Shown one piece after another: positions 22,926 to 32,675 of a stretch of 64,000 nucleotides of DNA (the stretch's first letter is position 1; each line of letters begins with the position of its first letter). The notes under the pieces are model-generated. The model saw only the letters and a list, made by a program, of their open reading frames with translations, ran no database searches and was not told where the DNA came from. Position numbers and translations under genes: made by a program. This DNA comes from an uncultured Actinomycetes bacterium (GTDB taxonomy: Bacteria; Actinomycetota; Thermoleophilia; RBG-16-64-13). The DNA lies in contig CAVPLM010000003.1 of assembly GCA_963706025.1 (NCBI GenBank), positions 128,001 through 192,000 of the forward strand. The letters run 5' to 3'.

Positions 22926-24284
22926 ATGTCCGTACCGCGGGTCCTGCTGGTCCCCACGCATCGGACGGGGCTGGCGAATGCGGTAGCGGCGGCAGTGGCG
23001 GAGATCGCGACCGCCCAGGGTAGCCGGGTCCGCTATCACCACCTTGGTCCTCTTAGCCCGGTCTCCTGCTGGGATCGGTGGGAGGGGACCGCCTTCCTCG
23101 ACCCGGCACTTTATGAGAACGAGCAACTCCTCGGTCTCTACGACGTGGCGACCCGGGGCGCCCACCTCTCTCTGCTCTCCTCCAGCGCCGGGGCCCTCGA
23201 TCGACGGGAAGGGGTCGACTGGCTTCCCATCGATGTGGCCCACCTGCTCGACTGCCCGGTGGTGGTGGTGCTGGACTGCCGGGGATGGGGTACCGGCATC
23301 AGAGTCCTGATCGAAGGTCTCAAGTCGTTGTTCGTCGGACTGAACCTGGCCGGGGCAGTGCTGTCGGGCATCGCCGATCCTGAGCACTGCGAACTCCTGA
23401 GACGAGTGCTCCTCGAGGAGGACGTACCGGTAGCAGGGTGTCTCTTCGAGGGTGATGGACCCGGATGGGAGACGGTGCCGCCGGGAGCATGGGGTCAGCC
23501 CCTGGAACCAACGCTCTTGGAAGCGGTCTCCCGCCAGGTGGATATCGACGGGTTGGTGAAACTGGCGGGCCAACGCGGGTTTCTCTCACCGCAGAACTGG
23601 CTGATCGACCGGGGGGGCGATGGCCCCTTGATCATGGTCGCCGGGGGAAGGGGCTTCAGTCCCTGGAGCCGTGACTCCATCGAGGTGCTGCGTTCGGCGG
23701 GAGCTCAGATCCGCCGCCTCGATCTCACAATGGACGAAGCACTGCCGGAGGAAACGGCAGGCCTGATCCTGGCCGGCACCGCGTGGCCCGCCGACCTGCT
23801 CGACATCTCTCTGAACCAACTTCTGCTCCGTGACCTTCGCCAGCGCATCAGCGAGGGGCTCCCCACGGTCGCCCTGGGAGGGGGGATGCTGCTTCTGCTG
23901 AGCAAGGTGCAGGACTCGCTGGGCCGGACCGTAGAACTGGCCGATGTCATCCCCGCCGAGGGAGAGATCCTGTGGGAGATGGACGACCCGGGCTATGTGG
24001 AGATCACCGCCGAGCGGGATAATCTGCTGATGTCGAAAGGGGAGACGGTCACAGGGTGGGTGATGACCGACGCGGAGATCCTTATGCCGAACGGCGGCTG
24101 GGAACCGCCCTTGACCGTGCGGGGCGCCGGGGAGTCGAACGCGCACTTCGAGGGGGCGGGGACCAGTTCGCTCCTCTGCTCCAGGGTCTTCACGCACCTG
24201 TCTGCGACGCCGGGAATGGCTGCTCGGTTCGTCGGGCAGTGTGCCGCTTACGCGGCCGTTCGCTCTCGACCGGACCGGGACTGA
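22926..24284 (+). CDS. CobB/CbiA-like two-domain protein, degenerate
   Basis: DVAHLLDCPVVVVLD, LAGAVL, GATase-like LPTVALGGGMLLL; overall CbiA architecture but motifs altered. Confidence 0.65.
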   Translation: MSVPRVLLVPTHRTGLANAVAAAVAEIATAQGSRVRYHHLGPLSPVSCWDRWEGTAFLDPALYENEQLLGLYDVATRGAHLSLLSSSAGALDRREGVDWLPIDVAHLLDCPVVVVLDCRGWGTGIRVLIEGLKSLFVGLNLAGAVLSGIADPEHCELLRRVLLEEDVPVAGCLFEGDGPGWETVPPGAWGQPLEPTLLEAVSRQVDIDGLVKLAGQRGFLSPQNWLIDRGGDGPLIMVAGGRGFSPWSRDSIEVLRSAGAQIRRLDLTMDEALPEETAGLILAGTAWPADLLDISLNQLLLRDLRQRISEGLPTVALGGGMLLLLSKVQDSLGRTVELADVIPAEGEILWEMDDPGYVEITAERDNLLMSKGETVTGWVMTDAEILMPNGGWEPPLTVRGAGESNAHFEGAGTSSLLCSRVFTHLSATPGMAARFVGQCAAYAAVRSRPDRD

Positions 24285-24404
24285 CCGTCGGGGCGGGATT
24301 AGCCGGCGCCTCGATAGTGCGATAGGCTGTGAAGCTCATTCCAGATAGCGTGGCGGCGAGGCCCCAGGGCGGCCGCCAAATCCAGACGGCGAAGAGGAGG
24401 GAAC

Positions 24405-24704
24405 GTGTCGGCTACGAGTGTCGACCCGGTCATCAAGCACTACCGTGACCAGATCTCAGACAATGATCTCAAGATCCTGGAGGCTCTGAACAGACGGATC
24501 AAGCTGGTCAAGAGCCTGAAAGAATACAAGGAGGCTCAAGGTCTCAGCTTTTACGACGCCGCCCAGGAGGACTGGATCATCACCTATCTCTGCCGGGCGA
24601 ACCGCGGCCCCTTGTCCAACGAGAGCCTTCGCGAGATATACACCTTGATATTGCAGGCGGCCAAGCGGGACGCAGCGGCTTTGGGAGGGAAGGCCACAGA
24701 ATAG
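24405..24704 (+). CDS. Stand-alone chorismate mutase (AroQ type)
   Basis: RDQISDNDLKILEALNRR, YDAAQE, NRGPLSNE. Confidence 0.75.
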   Translation: MSATSVDPVIKHYRDQISDNDLKILEALNRRIKLVKSLKEYKEAQGLSFYDAAQEDWIITYLCRANRGPLSNESLREIYTLILQAAKRDAAALGGKATE

Positions 24705-24906
24705 GCGAGCGTTCCGAGTGGTGGACCAGGCCCAAGTGGCTTAGAACTCGTTTCAGAATGAAGCTCCGCCGTCAGGGACGCCCCGGGCGAGCGCGAGAGA
24801 AGAACGCAGGGAGCGTGAATAGCAGCGCTATTTGCGCGACCGAGGACGTACAGTCGTGCCGTCCAGGGTGCACTAGGCGGCCGCGGCTTCATTCCGAAAC
24901 GAGTTG

Positions 24907-25398
24907 TTAGAAATCCTCGGGGGAGACCTCGTCCAGGAAGTGCCTGAATTCCTTGACCATCTCTTCGAGATCCTCGATTTCCTGCTCGAACTCGATCGCG
25001 TTAGCATCGAGCAGTTCCAGGGACGCGAAGATGGGGGCGTCGGTCCTAACGGCCAGGGCGATGGCATCCGAAGGCCGGGAGTCCACTCGGATCTCCTGCC
25101 CGCCGGCCTCGAGTTGGAGAACTGCGTAGAAAGTATTGTCCCGGAGTTCGGTGACGAGGACGCCGGACACGTTCGCCGAGAGTTGCTCGATGATGGACGC
25201 CAGCAGGTCATGGGTCATAGGGCGGGGCAACTCGGCGTTCTGGAGCTTCATGAGGATGGCCGCCGCCTCCGGATGTCCGATCCAAATGGGCAGAAAGCGG
25301 TTCTTGCCTTCAACTTTCAAGAGGACGATCGGCTGCTTGCTGGCCACGTCGAAGCTGACGCCGTACACCGTGACTCTCTCGAAGCCCTGCATGGTCAC
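24907..25398 (-). CDS. Bifunctional nuclease family (DUF151)
   Basis: LPIWIGHPEA, RPMTHDL, DSRPSDAIALAVR. Confidence 0.92.
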   Translation of the reverse strand: MTMQGFERVTVYGVSFDVASKQPIVLLKVEGKNRFLPIWIGHPEAAAILMKLQNAELPRPMTHDLLASIIEQLSANVSGVLVTELRDNTFYAVLQLEAGGQEIRVDSRPSDAIALAVRTDAPIFASLELLDANAIEFEQEIEDLEEMVKEFRHFLDEVSPEDF

Positions 25399-25517
25399 CT
25401 CGTTCCGCTGTTCAACTCTAGATTACTCCGAGCGGGCGTCGACGTCACCTTAACCGGAGGTCGGACCGGGGGTCTCACCCCGGCTTCGCCGGGAGCTTCG
25501 GGGCCTCCGAAGCTTCC

Positions 25518-25545
25518 TTGACATCACCCGGAATGCCGGTAAACT
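25518..25545 (+). promoter_or_regulatory. Promoter of the tRNA pair
   Basis: TTGACA-16 bp-TAAACT, 10 nt before tRNA-Ile. Confidence 0.8.
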
Positions 25546-25555
25546 ACCCGCGCAT

Positions 25556-25632
<77 letters not shown>

Positions 25633-25670
25633 TCGTCTACTCGACCCTCAGGTTCCAAATCGGCTCTCGT

Positions 25671-25743
25671 GGGGGATTAGCTCAGTTGGGAGAGCGCCGC
25701 CTTTGCACGGCGGAGGTCGCCGGTTCGACCCCGGTATCCTCCA
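25671..25743 (+). tRNA. tRNA-Ala(TGC)
   Basis: Acceptor GGGGGAT/ATCCTCC with G3:U70, anticodon arm CCGCC-TTTGCAC-GGCGG; CCA not fully encoded. Confidence 0.95.
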
Positions 25744-25810
25744 CCTGACTCGCGGGAGACGTATTGTTCGGAGATCGAGTGTTCGGCGATCCGCAACCAG
25801 GGAGGCACCA

Positions 25811-26239
25811 TTGATCATCCACCGGATACTAGCTGCCACAGACGGAACGGAGGCCTCGCTTCGGGGTGTTCTCGCCGCCGCCCAGCTGGTCGAGAGCATT
25901 CAGGCCGAGTTCGTTCTGCTCACCGCGGTGCCGGTGCCGCAACACATGGTGTTGACCGCCAACATGGACGCGCGGAGCATCCACCAGTACTTGGAGCGGT
26001 CGGCCCAGGAGGTGCTGGCGTCGGCGCTCGGGGTGTTGCGACGGGAAGGCGTCGGAGCCGAGGTCAAGGTGGTCTACGGGCCGCCTCCCGAGACCATCCT
26101 CGCGGAAGTCGAGGCCAGCCGCGCCGATCTGGTTGTCATGGGACGCGGGAGCCGCACCGAGCCGAAGGATTTCTTGCTGGGGAGCGTCAGCGACCGCGTC
26201 GCCCGCAACGTCAAAGTGCCCATTATGCTGGTTCCGTAG
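25811..26239 (+). CDS. Universal stress protein
   Basis: RILAATDGTEAS, DLVVMGRG, LLGSVSDRVARNVKVPIMLV; TTG start after GGAGG. Confidence 0.92.
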   Translation: MIIHRILAATDGTEASLRGVLAAAQLVESIQAEFVLLTAVPVPQHMVLTANMDARSIHQYLERSAQEVLASALGVLRREGVGAEVKVVYGPPPETILAEVEASRADLVVMGRGSRTEPKDFLLGSVSDRVARNVKVPIMLVP

Positions 26240-26435
26240 TGGTTCCCTCAGGACTCGGTTAGAGACGTTCCTCTTGGCAGGTGCGGCCCGAGGGCCATCC
26301 GGCCCGGCCCGCTCCCTGTGACCCCCCGCCCCCGGTGCCCATGAAGCGCCGCCCAGATGTCAGGCGGTGCGGCGTCCTCTCGTAGCTGACGAAATCCTCT
26401 CTGAGCACGCCGCTGTGTTTCACTTATAGAGTTTA

Positions 26436-26474
26436 GCAATATCTATTGCAAATACGGTGCATTTCGCCTATACT
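26436..26474 (+). promoter_or_regulatory. Promoter with an inverted repeat over the -35 element
   Basis: TTGCAA-17 bp-TATACT; GCAATA-TC-TATTGC at 26436-26449. Confidence 0.6.
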
Positions 26475-26488
26475 GCAACAGAGGACAC

Positions 26489-27469
26489 ATGGTAGGACAG
26501 AGTACAGCCCTGGTCCGGCGTATGACCGAGCCCCAGAAAGCTCGCGTCAGGCTTCCGCTCCTCACTCTCTTAGCCTTGCTCGGACCTCTGTTCTCGGGGG
26601 TACGCTCAGCCTCAGTCTGGATCGCCTACGTCGTCTTCATGGTCCTCTATTCGCTATGGGCTCTGCGTCTCTCGCGTCTATTCTCGCGCGATCGCCGCCT
26701 AGGCTATCTCCTGTGCCTTACCGACACCGCGATCCTGCTGCCGTTGCTGGTCTGGAGCTCAGCAGCCGCGTTGCAGACCGTCCTCGTGTTGGTGTGCACC
26801 GCGGGGCTTGCTTTCACCTACCAGGCGGACCGATCGCGGGCGAGAAGCGACGCGCGGTTCGAAAACGAACTGCCGGCGTTGCGGGGTTCGTCCGCCCGAG
26901 AAGGGCGGGCGAACAGCAGACGGTCCGAAGAGTTGAGCACGCAGGCGCGTCTGGAACGAGCGGTCCGCACCCGCCTGCAGGTGTTCACTGCCACCGGAGC
27001 GAGGTTCGGGCTGGTGGTGCTCCGCATCGCCCGGTTCGAAGAGGCCGCTTCCTACTATGGGGAGGAAGCCTCCGAACGGCTACTTTCTGCCGTCAGCAGG
27101 CGGGGACTGCGGCTCCTCGGCCCTGACGCCCAGGACTTTTCGTTGCAGGGAGGGAGAGTGGCCTTCCTTTTCGAGACCGAGCCTCAGGCTCTGCAGGGAC
27201 ACGGTCGGTACGAGAGCGGTTTCGCCTGGACCGATCCCTACGATGTGGAAGGCTTGGCCATGGCGCTCGGGCGCAAGGTGTGCGAACACCTGGTCGATGG
27301 GCACCGAGTGGAGTGCGTTGTGGGCTGGGCCTCGGCACCGGCCGACGGTCTGACCGCCGATGATCTCCTGTATGTGGCCGAGACCGGGGCCCAAAGCACG
27401 GCGGCTTTCCGACGGGTCGCGGGTTCGTCTGTGCCGGCTTCCGAGCGCGCACGGGCGGCGGCCGGGTAG
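26489..27469 (+). CDS. Membrane protein with degenerate GGDEF-like domain
   Basis: About 4 N-terminal TM helices; FGLVVLRIARF...YGEEASERLL, LQGGRVAFL at the GGDEF position, VGWASAPADGLTADDLLYVAE. Confidence 0.6.
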   Translation: MVGQSTALVRRMTEPQKARVRLPLLTLLALLGPLFSGVRSASVWIAYVVFMVLYSLWALRLSRLFSRDRRLGYLLCLTDTAILLPLLVWSSAAALQTVLVLVCTAGLAFTYQADRSRARSDARFENELPALRGSSAREGRANSRRSEELSTQARLERAVRTRLQVFTATGARFGLVVLRIARFEEAASYYGEEASERLLSAVSRRGLRLLGPDAQDFSLQGGRVAFLFETEPQALQGHGRYESGFAWTDPYDVEGLAMALGRKVCEHLVDGHRVECVVGWASAPADGLTADDLLYVAETGAQSTAAFRRVAGSSVPASERARAAAG

Positions 27470-27552
27470 CATCACGACCGCGAACACGGGCTGCGGAGAA
27501 CGGCTGCACGCCGCCGGCCAAGTCCGGTGAGGCCTGTGGTAGAGTTCCCCGC

Positions 27553-28521
27553 ATGAACGACCAGGCCGGCATCTCTGTGGATCCCCAGACCCTCAAGACC
27601 AAGACCATCGGCGTGCTCATGGGCGGCCTGTCGGGGGAGCGAGAGATCTCCCTGCTATCGGGCGAGAACTGTCTCCGCGCCCTCGTTTCCCGTGGTTACC
27701 GGGCGGTGCCGATCGATGCAGTGCGTGATGTAGCCCAACGTCTCGACGAGGCCGGGATAGAGGTAGCCTTCCTTGCGCTTCACGGACGCTACGGAGAGGA
27801 CGGCACCATCCAGGGATTACTGGAGATGATGGGCATCCCCTACACGGGTTCCGGTGTCCTGGCTTCGGCTCTGGGGATGAACAAGATCGCCGCCAAGAAA
27901 GTGGTGCGAGGGAGCGGGGTATCAACTCCCGATTACCTGGAGATCACGCCTGACGAGAGGGCGGCTGAGGCCGCCATTCGGATCGAGGCGGAGTTGGGTC
28001 TACCGGTTATGCTCAAGCCGGTGGAGGAGGGGTCGAGCCTGGGAGTGTATAAGTGCGGAGAGACCGGCGATCTCTCGGCCTGCATCGACCGGGGGCGGGC
28101 GGAATTCGGGGCCATGTTCGCCGAACGGTTCGTGCCGGGCCGGGAGATCACCGTGGGAGTGCTGGAGCGAGACGGCCGGTCCGAAGCCCTGCCTATCCTG
28201 GAGTTGGTGCCGAAGAACGACTTCTATGACTTCGAGGCTAAGTACACCAAGGGGATGACCGAGTTCATCCTCCCGGCCCGCCTCGAGGCCGCCGTCTATG
28301 CCGAGGCGCAACGCGTGGCGATGGCCGCCTACGAGGCCATAGGTTGTCGGGGCTACGCCCGGGTGGACATGATGGTGGACGCGTCCGGGGTGCCCTGGTT
28401 CGTGGAACTCAACACCCTGCCGGGCATGACGGAGCTGTCGGACCTGCCCGCCCAGGCTCAAGCCGCGGGTCTCTCCTATGAAGACTTGGTGGAAACGATC
28501 CTCCTCACCGCCGGCGCCTGA
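27553..28521 (+). CDS. ddl: D-alanine--D-alanine ligase
   Basis: GGLSGEREISLLSG, LHGRYGEDG, EGSSLG, YDFEAKY, ELNTLPG. Confidence 0.96.
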   Translation: MNDQAGISVDPQTLKTKTIGVLMGGLSGEREISLLSGENCLRALVSRGYRAVPIDAVRDVAQRLDEAGIEVAFLALHGRYGEDGTIQGLLEMMGIPYTGSGVLASALGMNKIAAKKVVRGSGVSTPDYLEITPDERAAEAAIRIEAELGLPVMLKPVEEGSSLGVYKCGETGDLSACIDRGRAEFGAMFAERFVPGREITVGVLERDGRSEALPILELVPKNDFYDFEAKYTKGMTEFILPARLEAAVYAEAQRVAMAAYEAIGCRGYARVDMMVDASGVPWFVELNTLPGMTELSDLPAQAQAAGLSYEDLVETILLTAGA

Positions 28522-28582
28522 GGCCGGCGGCAGGACCGTCCGGGACTCGACGGGCGGTGCCGGGAGCTCCCCGGCCTCCCCG

Positions 28583-29485
28583 TTGGTACCACCCACCGTC
28601 GGTCTGGTGGACGCCCATGTCCACGTCTTCCCGGAGGAGGTGATCAGAGAGCGGGATGCCTACCTGGAGCGGGACGAGTGGTTCGGCCACCTCTACCGCT
28701 CACCGGAGGCGCGCATGGTCACGGGGGACGAGGTGGTGATCCACATGGATGCCGCCGGCGTGGAGATGTCGGTCGTCTTCGGCTACGCGTTCCGGGACCA
28801 GGGGTTGTGCCGCCTGGTCAACGACTACGTGATAGAGCTAGTGAGCCGGTACCCTGGCCGGCTGGCCGGCCTGGCCTGTGTCTCGCCCGGAGCCCCGGGG
28901 GCCGCAACGGAGTTGGAGCGCTGCCTGGATCTCGGCCTGAAGGGTTGCGGGGAACTCATGCCCGACGGCCAGGGTTTCGGCAGGATCTGGGGTGCAGGCG
29001 CGGGGGCGAGGGGGGGCGGCGCCGGCCGGGCCGGCGGCCGCCCGGCAGACGGGCTCGCGGCCCTGGCCGGCTTTCTCGAGGAGCGCGGTCTCCCGCTCCT
29101 CCTCCACGCCAACGAGCCGGTGGGCCACCACTATCCGGGGAAGGGGGACTTCACCCCGGAGGCCTGCTTCGCCCTGGCCCAAGCCTTCCCCGAGTTACTC
29201 ATCGTGTTCGCGCACATGGGCGGCGGGCTGTTCGTTTACGAGCTGATGCCGGAGGTACGCGCGGCCCTAGTCAACGTCCGCTACGATACTTCGGCGGTCC
29301 CCTATCTCTACGGTCCCGAGGTCTACGCGGTCGCGGTCTCGTGCGCAGGGGAAGAGAAGATCATTTTCGGCAGCGATTATCCCCTGCTTGTGCCGGGAAG
29401 ATACCAGGAAGGGCTTGCGCGCTTGGCCCCCGGGCCTCGCGCGGCCGTGTCGGCCGGCAATGCACGAAAGGTGTTCTCACTATGA
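28583..29485 (+). CDS. Amidohydrolase family 2 protein
   Basis: VDAHVH, AHMGGG, YDTSA, IFGSDYP; start uncertain. Confidence 0.85.
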   Translation: MVPPTVGLVDAHVHVFPEEVIRERDAYLERDEWFGHLYRSPEARMVTGDEVVIHMDAAGVEMSVVFGYAFRDQGLCRLVNDYVIELVSRYPGRLAGLACVSPGAPGAATELERCLDLGLKGCGELMPDGQGFGRIWGAGAGARGGGAGRAGGRPADGLAALAGFLEERGLPLLLHANEPVGHHYPGKGDFTPEACFALAQAFPELLIVFAHMGGGLFVYELMPEVRAALVNVRYDTSAVPYLYGPEVYAVAVSCAGEEKIIFGSDYPLLVPGRYQEGLARLAPGPRAAVSAGNARKVFSL

Positions 29486-30360
29486 CCGAAGGGGTCGATC
29501 ACAGTCACGATCTACAGCGGCTCCTTGAAGAGCTGGTAGCCGGCGACGCGGGTCTGGACGACGTGCTGCAGAGGTTGCGGCTGCTGCAGGTCGCCCATCT
29601 GGGGGAATTCGCCCGCTTGGACATGAACCGCGACCTGCGCAAGGGTGTGCCCGAGGTTATCCTCGCTTCTCGCAAGAGCGACGCCGAACTGGAGGCCATC
29701 GTGCGCCGTTTCCTGACCGAACGGGGCCTGGCTCTGGCGAGCCGTCTGGAGCCGGCTCGGGCCGAGACACTGCGACACGCCTTGACCGGCGGCGACTGCG
29801 CGGGCGCCTCGGTCGAAGCCTCGGTCGACGGCCGCACGGACGCGTCGGCCGACGGCCGCGCCGCCCCCATCGACGGGTTGAGCTTCGACTACAAACCGGC
29901 TGCGCAAGTCTTGTCCGCCTGGTTGCCTTCCTACCGGCCCCCTGAAGAACGGGGCTGCGTCGGCCTGCTCACAGCCGGGACCTCGGACATACCCGTGGCA
30001 GAGGAGGCGGCGCTGGTAGCCGTGCACATGGGGTGCCGGGTGGAGAAGGGTTATGACGCCGGAGTGGCGGGGATCCATCGGCTCCTGGAGCCGCTCACCC
30101 GTATGCTGGAGAGCGGAGCCGACGTGCTGGTGGTTGCAGCCGGCATGGAGGGAGCGCTGCCTTCGGTGGTGGCGGGCCTGGTGGACATCCCGGTGATCGG
30201 GGTGCCGACGTCCATCGGCTACGGAATGGGCGGTGGCGGCACGGCTGCTCTCTACTCGATATTGCAGAGTTGCTCGCCGGGCTTGGTGGCAGTGAACATC
30301 GACAACGGGGTGGGAGCGGGTGCCGCGGCTGCGTTGATCGCCCGCCGGCGCCCAAGGTGA
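29482..30360 (+). CDS. larB: Nickel-pincer cofactor biosynthesis protein LarB (PurE-like)
   Basis: RKGVPEVI, AGTSDIPVAEEA, AGMEGALPSVV, VPTSIGYG, VNIDNG; ATGA overlap with amidohydrolase. Confidence 0.88.
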   Translation: MTEGVDHSHDLQRLLEELVAGDAGLDDVLQRLRLLQVAHLGEFARLDMNRDLRKGVPEVILASRKSDAELEAIVRRFLTERGLALASRLEPARAETLRHALTGGDCAGASVEASVDGRTDASADGRAAPIDGLSFDYKPAAQVLSAWLPSYRPPEERGCVGLLTAGTSDIPVAEEAALVAVHMGCRVEKGYDAGVAGIHRLLEPLTRMLESGADVLVVAAGMEGALPSVVAGLVDIPVIGVPTSIGYGMGGGGTAALYSILQSCSPGLVAVNIDNGVGAGAAAALIARRRPR

Positions 30361-30378
30361 GTAGCCCGGGGAGGGATC

Positions 30379-30654
30379 ATGGAGATCGGACCGCAGGATG
30401 AGGCGAGGGTCCAGATCGACGACCAGGAGCCGTTCGCGATCGCGCACGCGGTCATCGAGAGAGACGTCCTGCAATCGCACCTTCGTCGGCTGACCACGGC
30501 GGATGGCGCGCCCGTCGTGCTGCCGGTGGGGGCCCGCGTGACCCTCTACGAGGGACCCTCGGTGGTGTTCGTCGGCCTGGTCGAGGAAGACCAGAGCGTC
30601 ATCGATCTGCTGTCGGCGCAGCCAGACGATAGCGAGGACTTCGAGCCGATCTGA
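30379..30654 (+). CDS. Small acidic hypothetical protein
   Basis: GGAGG RBS, co-oriented directly after larB, protein-like composition. Confidence 0.6.
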   Translation: MEIGPQDEARVQIDDQEPFAIAHAVIERDVLQSHLRRLTTADGAPVVLPVGARVTLYEGPSVVFVGLVEEDQSVIDLLSAQPDDSEDFEPI

Positions 30655-30672
30655 CCGGCCGGCGCGGCTTGG

Positions 30673-31943
30673 CTAGCCGAGGTCGCCGGGCAGTGCGGCG
30701 TTGCCGGGCACGCCCGAGGCGAAAGGTATCGGGGGTCTCGCCCGGAGGCCGAGATGGAACTCCAGATGATCGACGATGCGCACCGCCGCCTGCCCATCAC
30801 CGTAGGGGTTGACGCCATCGCCATCGCCGCGTAGCGACCGGGGTCGGTGAGCAGCAGCACCAGTTCGCGGGCGACCGCCGTCGTGTCCGTCCCTACCAGC
30901 CGGGCGGTGCCCGCCTCGATGCCTTCGGGCCGTTCCGTGGTGTCGCGCATCACCAAGACCGGTTTGCCAAGCGTGGGCGCTTCCTCCTGGATCCCCCCGG
31001 AATCGGTGATGACCACGTCCACAGCTTTCATGAGGTGGACGAAGGGATGGTAGGGGAGCGGTTCGGTGAACACCACCTGGCGCACTCCCTCGAGGACTCC
31101 CCGGAACGTCTTCCGCACCAACGGGTTGAGGTGGATGGGAAAGATGAAAGTGATGTCCGGCAACCGCTCGCTCACCTGCTTGATGGCTAGGGCCACCCTT
31201 TCCATGGGCATCCCCCAGCTCTCCCGCCGGTGGACCGTCACCAGCACCTTGGGCCCAGGACGGTCGAGGGCCGACGCGATGCGGCGTTCCCAAGTCGGAG
31301 GCGCCGTCGCTGCGGTCGCGAGCAGTGCGTCGATGACCGTGTTGCCGGTGACGAGGATCCCCTCGGGGTCGGCGCCCTCGCGAAGCAGGGCGTCGCGGGC
31401 CGCGACCGTAGGAGCGTAGTGAATGGCGGCCAGCCGGTCGGCCAGGCGCCGGTTCATCTCTTCGGGATAGGGGCTGTAAATGTTGTCGGTACGGAGGCCG
31501 GCCTCCACGTGGGCGACGGGGATCATGCGGTAGTAGGCGCCGAGGGCCGCCGCGAAGGTGGTGGTGGTGTCACCGTGCACGATCACCAGGTCGGGCTCCT
31601 CGGCGACGAGCAAGGGGTCGATACCGCTCAGGACCGCCGACGTGATATGACCCAGCGATTGGCGCTCGCGCATTATCTTGAGGTCGTGATCGACGGGGAT
31701 AGAGAACGCCTCGATCACTTGGTCGAGCATCTCCCGATGCTGTCCGGTAAGGCAGGTGATCACCCGGAGGGTCCCGCGACGCTGCAACTCGAGAACCACA
31801 GGGGCCATCTTGATAGCCTCGGGGCGGGTGCCGAAAGTGACGAAGACAGTCGGTCGGCGGGCGCCTGCGCCGTTGCCGGCCGTATGGTCGGGGGTCTCGT
31901 TCCGGGCACTGGGACGAGGGCCGGCAGTCACATCACCTGTCAC
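30673..31943 (-). CDS. wecB: UDP-N-acetylglucosamine 2-epimerase (non-hydrolysing), frameshift near 30813
   Basis: GTRPEAIK, GQHREM, HGDT, HVEAGLRT, HRRE, DSGGIQEEA; terminal NPYGDG lies in the adjacent frame. Confidence 0.93.
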
Positions 31944-32102
31944 AATTGTCCTCCGGGCTTCATCGACTCCTGCAGGGACTCTAGCCCAGGGTCAGGCGAA
32001 GAGCAAGCGGGGCGGCACGGCCCGCAGTAGGCAGCCAGAGGCTATTCCGATAGAATTCGGGAGATTCGGTGCGCCGAGACAACTATCCGAAGGATGGTGG
32101 CC

Positions 32103-32606
32103 ATGGGCCGCTTTCTCGATGAACGGGGACGCATCTTCGGCAAAGTGAACGTCGTCGACATCCTCGTCCTTCTCGTCATCATCGCGGTGGTCGTCTTCGC
32201 CGTGGTTCGTTTCACAGGGGCGAGTTCGGAGGCCGTACCTCTGAAAGTGACCTACACCGTGGAGGGTGTCCGCCAGCTGACGGTCGATGCGATCCAAGAC
32301 GTGGTTGATGTGAACGGGACGGTGAGGGACGAGGGGGGCACGGTCCTCGGCAAGGTTGACAGTATCGAGGTGACGCCTACAGAAGTGGAGTACATGACGC
32401 CTCAGGGTCAACCGGAAGCCTTCGATTCGCCCATCTTCAACGACGTCAAGATCATCGTCCGCGGCGAGGGTTCTAAGTCCGGTGAAACCCTGCGCATCGG
32501 CAGTGTCCCTATGCGGGTAGGCAGGAAGATCACCCTGATCGGCAGCGGGTTCGAGGTCCAGAGCGTGATCTGGAAGGTCCGCGAGGGCCAGGAGGCACTG
32601 AAGTAG
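32103..32606 (+). CDS. DUF4330 family membrane-anchored protein
   Basis: FLDERGRIFGKVNVVDILVLL N-terminal signature followed by a TM helix. Confidence 0.8.
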   Translation: MGRFLDERGRIFGKVNVVDILVLLVIIAVVVFAVVRFTGASSEAVPLKVTYTVEGVRQLTVDAIQDVVDVNGTVRDEGGTVLGKVDSIEVTPTEVEYMTPQGQPEAFDSPIFNDVKIIVRGEGSKSGETLRIGSVPMRVGRKITLIGSGFEVQSVIWKVREGQEALK

Positions 32607-32607
32607 C

Positions 32608-32675
32608 GGGCGTGGCCATGAAGGGAGCCCGGCCATGAAAAGGGCGCGGCCGTGAAGAAGGCGTGGCCATGAAGG
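32608..32675 (+). repeat. Four tandem 17-bp units (core GGCCRTGAA)
   Basis: Cores at 32614, 32631, 32648, 32665; exact 17-bp period. Confidence 0.85.

Noticed and set aside
27553-28521. ddl as a vancomycin-resistance D-Ala-D-Lac ligase
   Set aside because: Omega loop keeps KY (YDFEAKY), as in D-Ala-D-Ala ligases; no vanH/vanX nearby
28678-29481. Long N-terminal extension on LarB
   Set aside because: Out-of-frame overlap with the amidohydrolase; true start is ATG 29482
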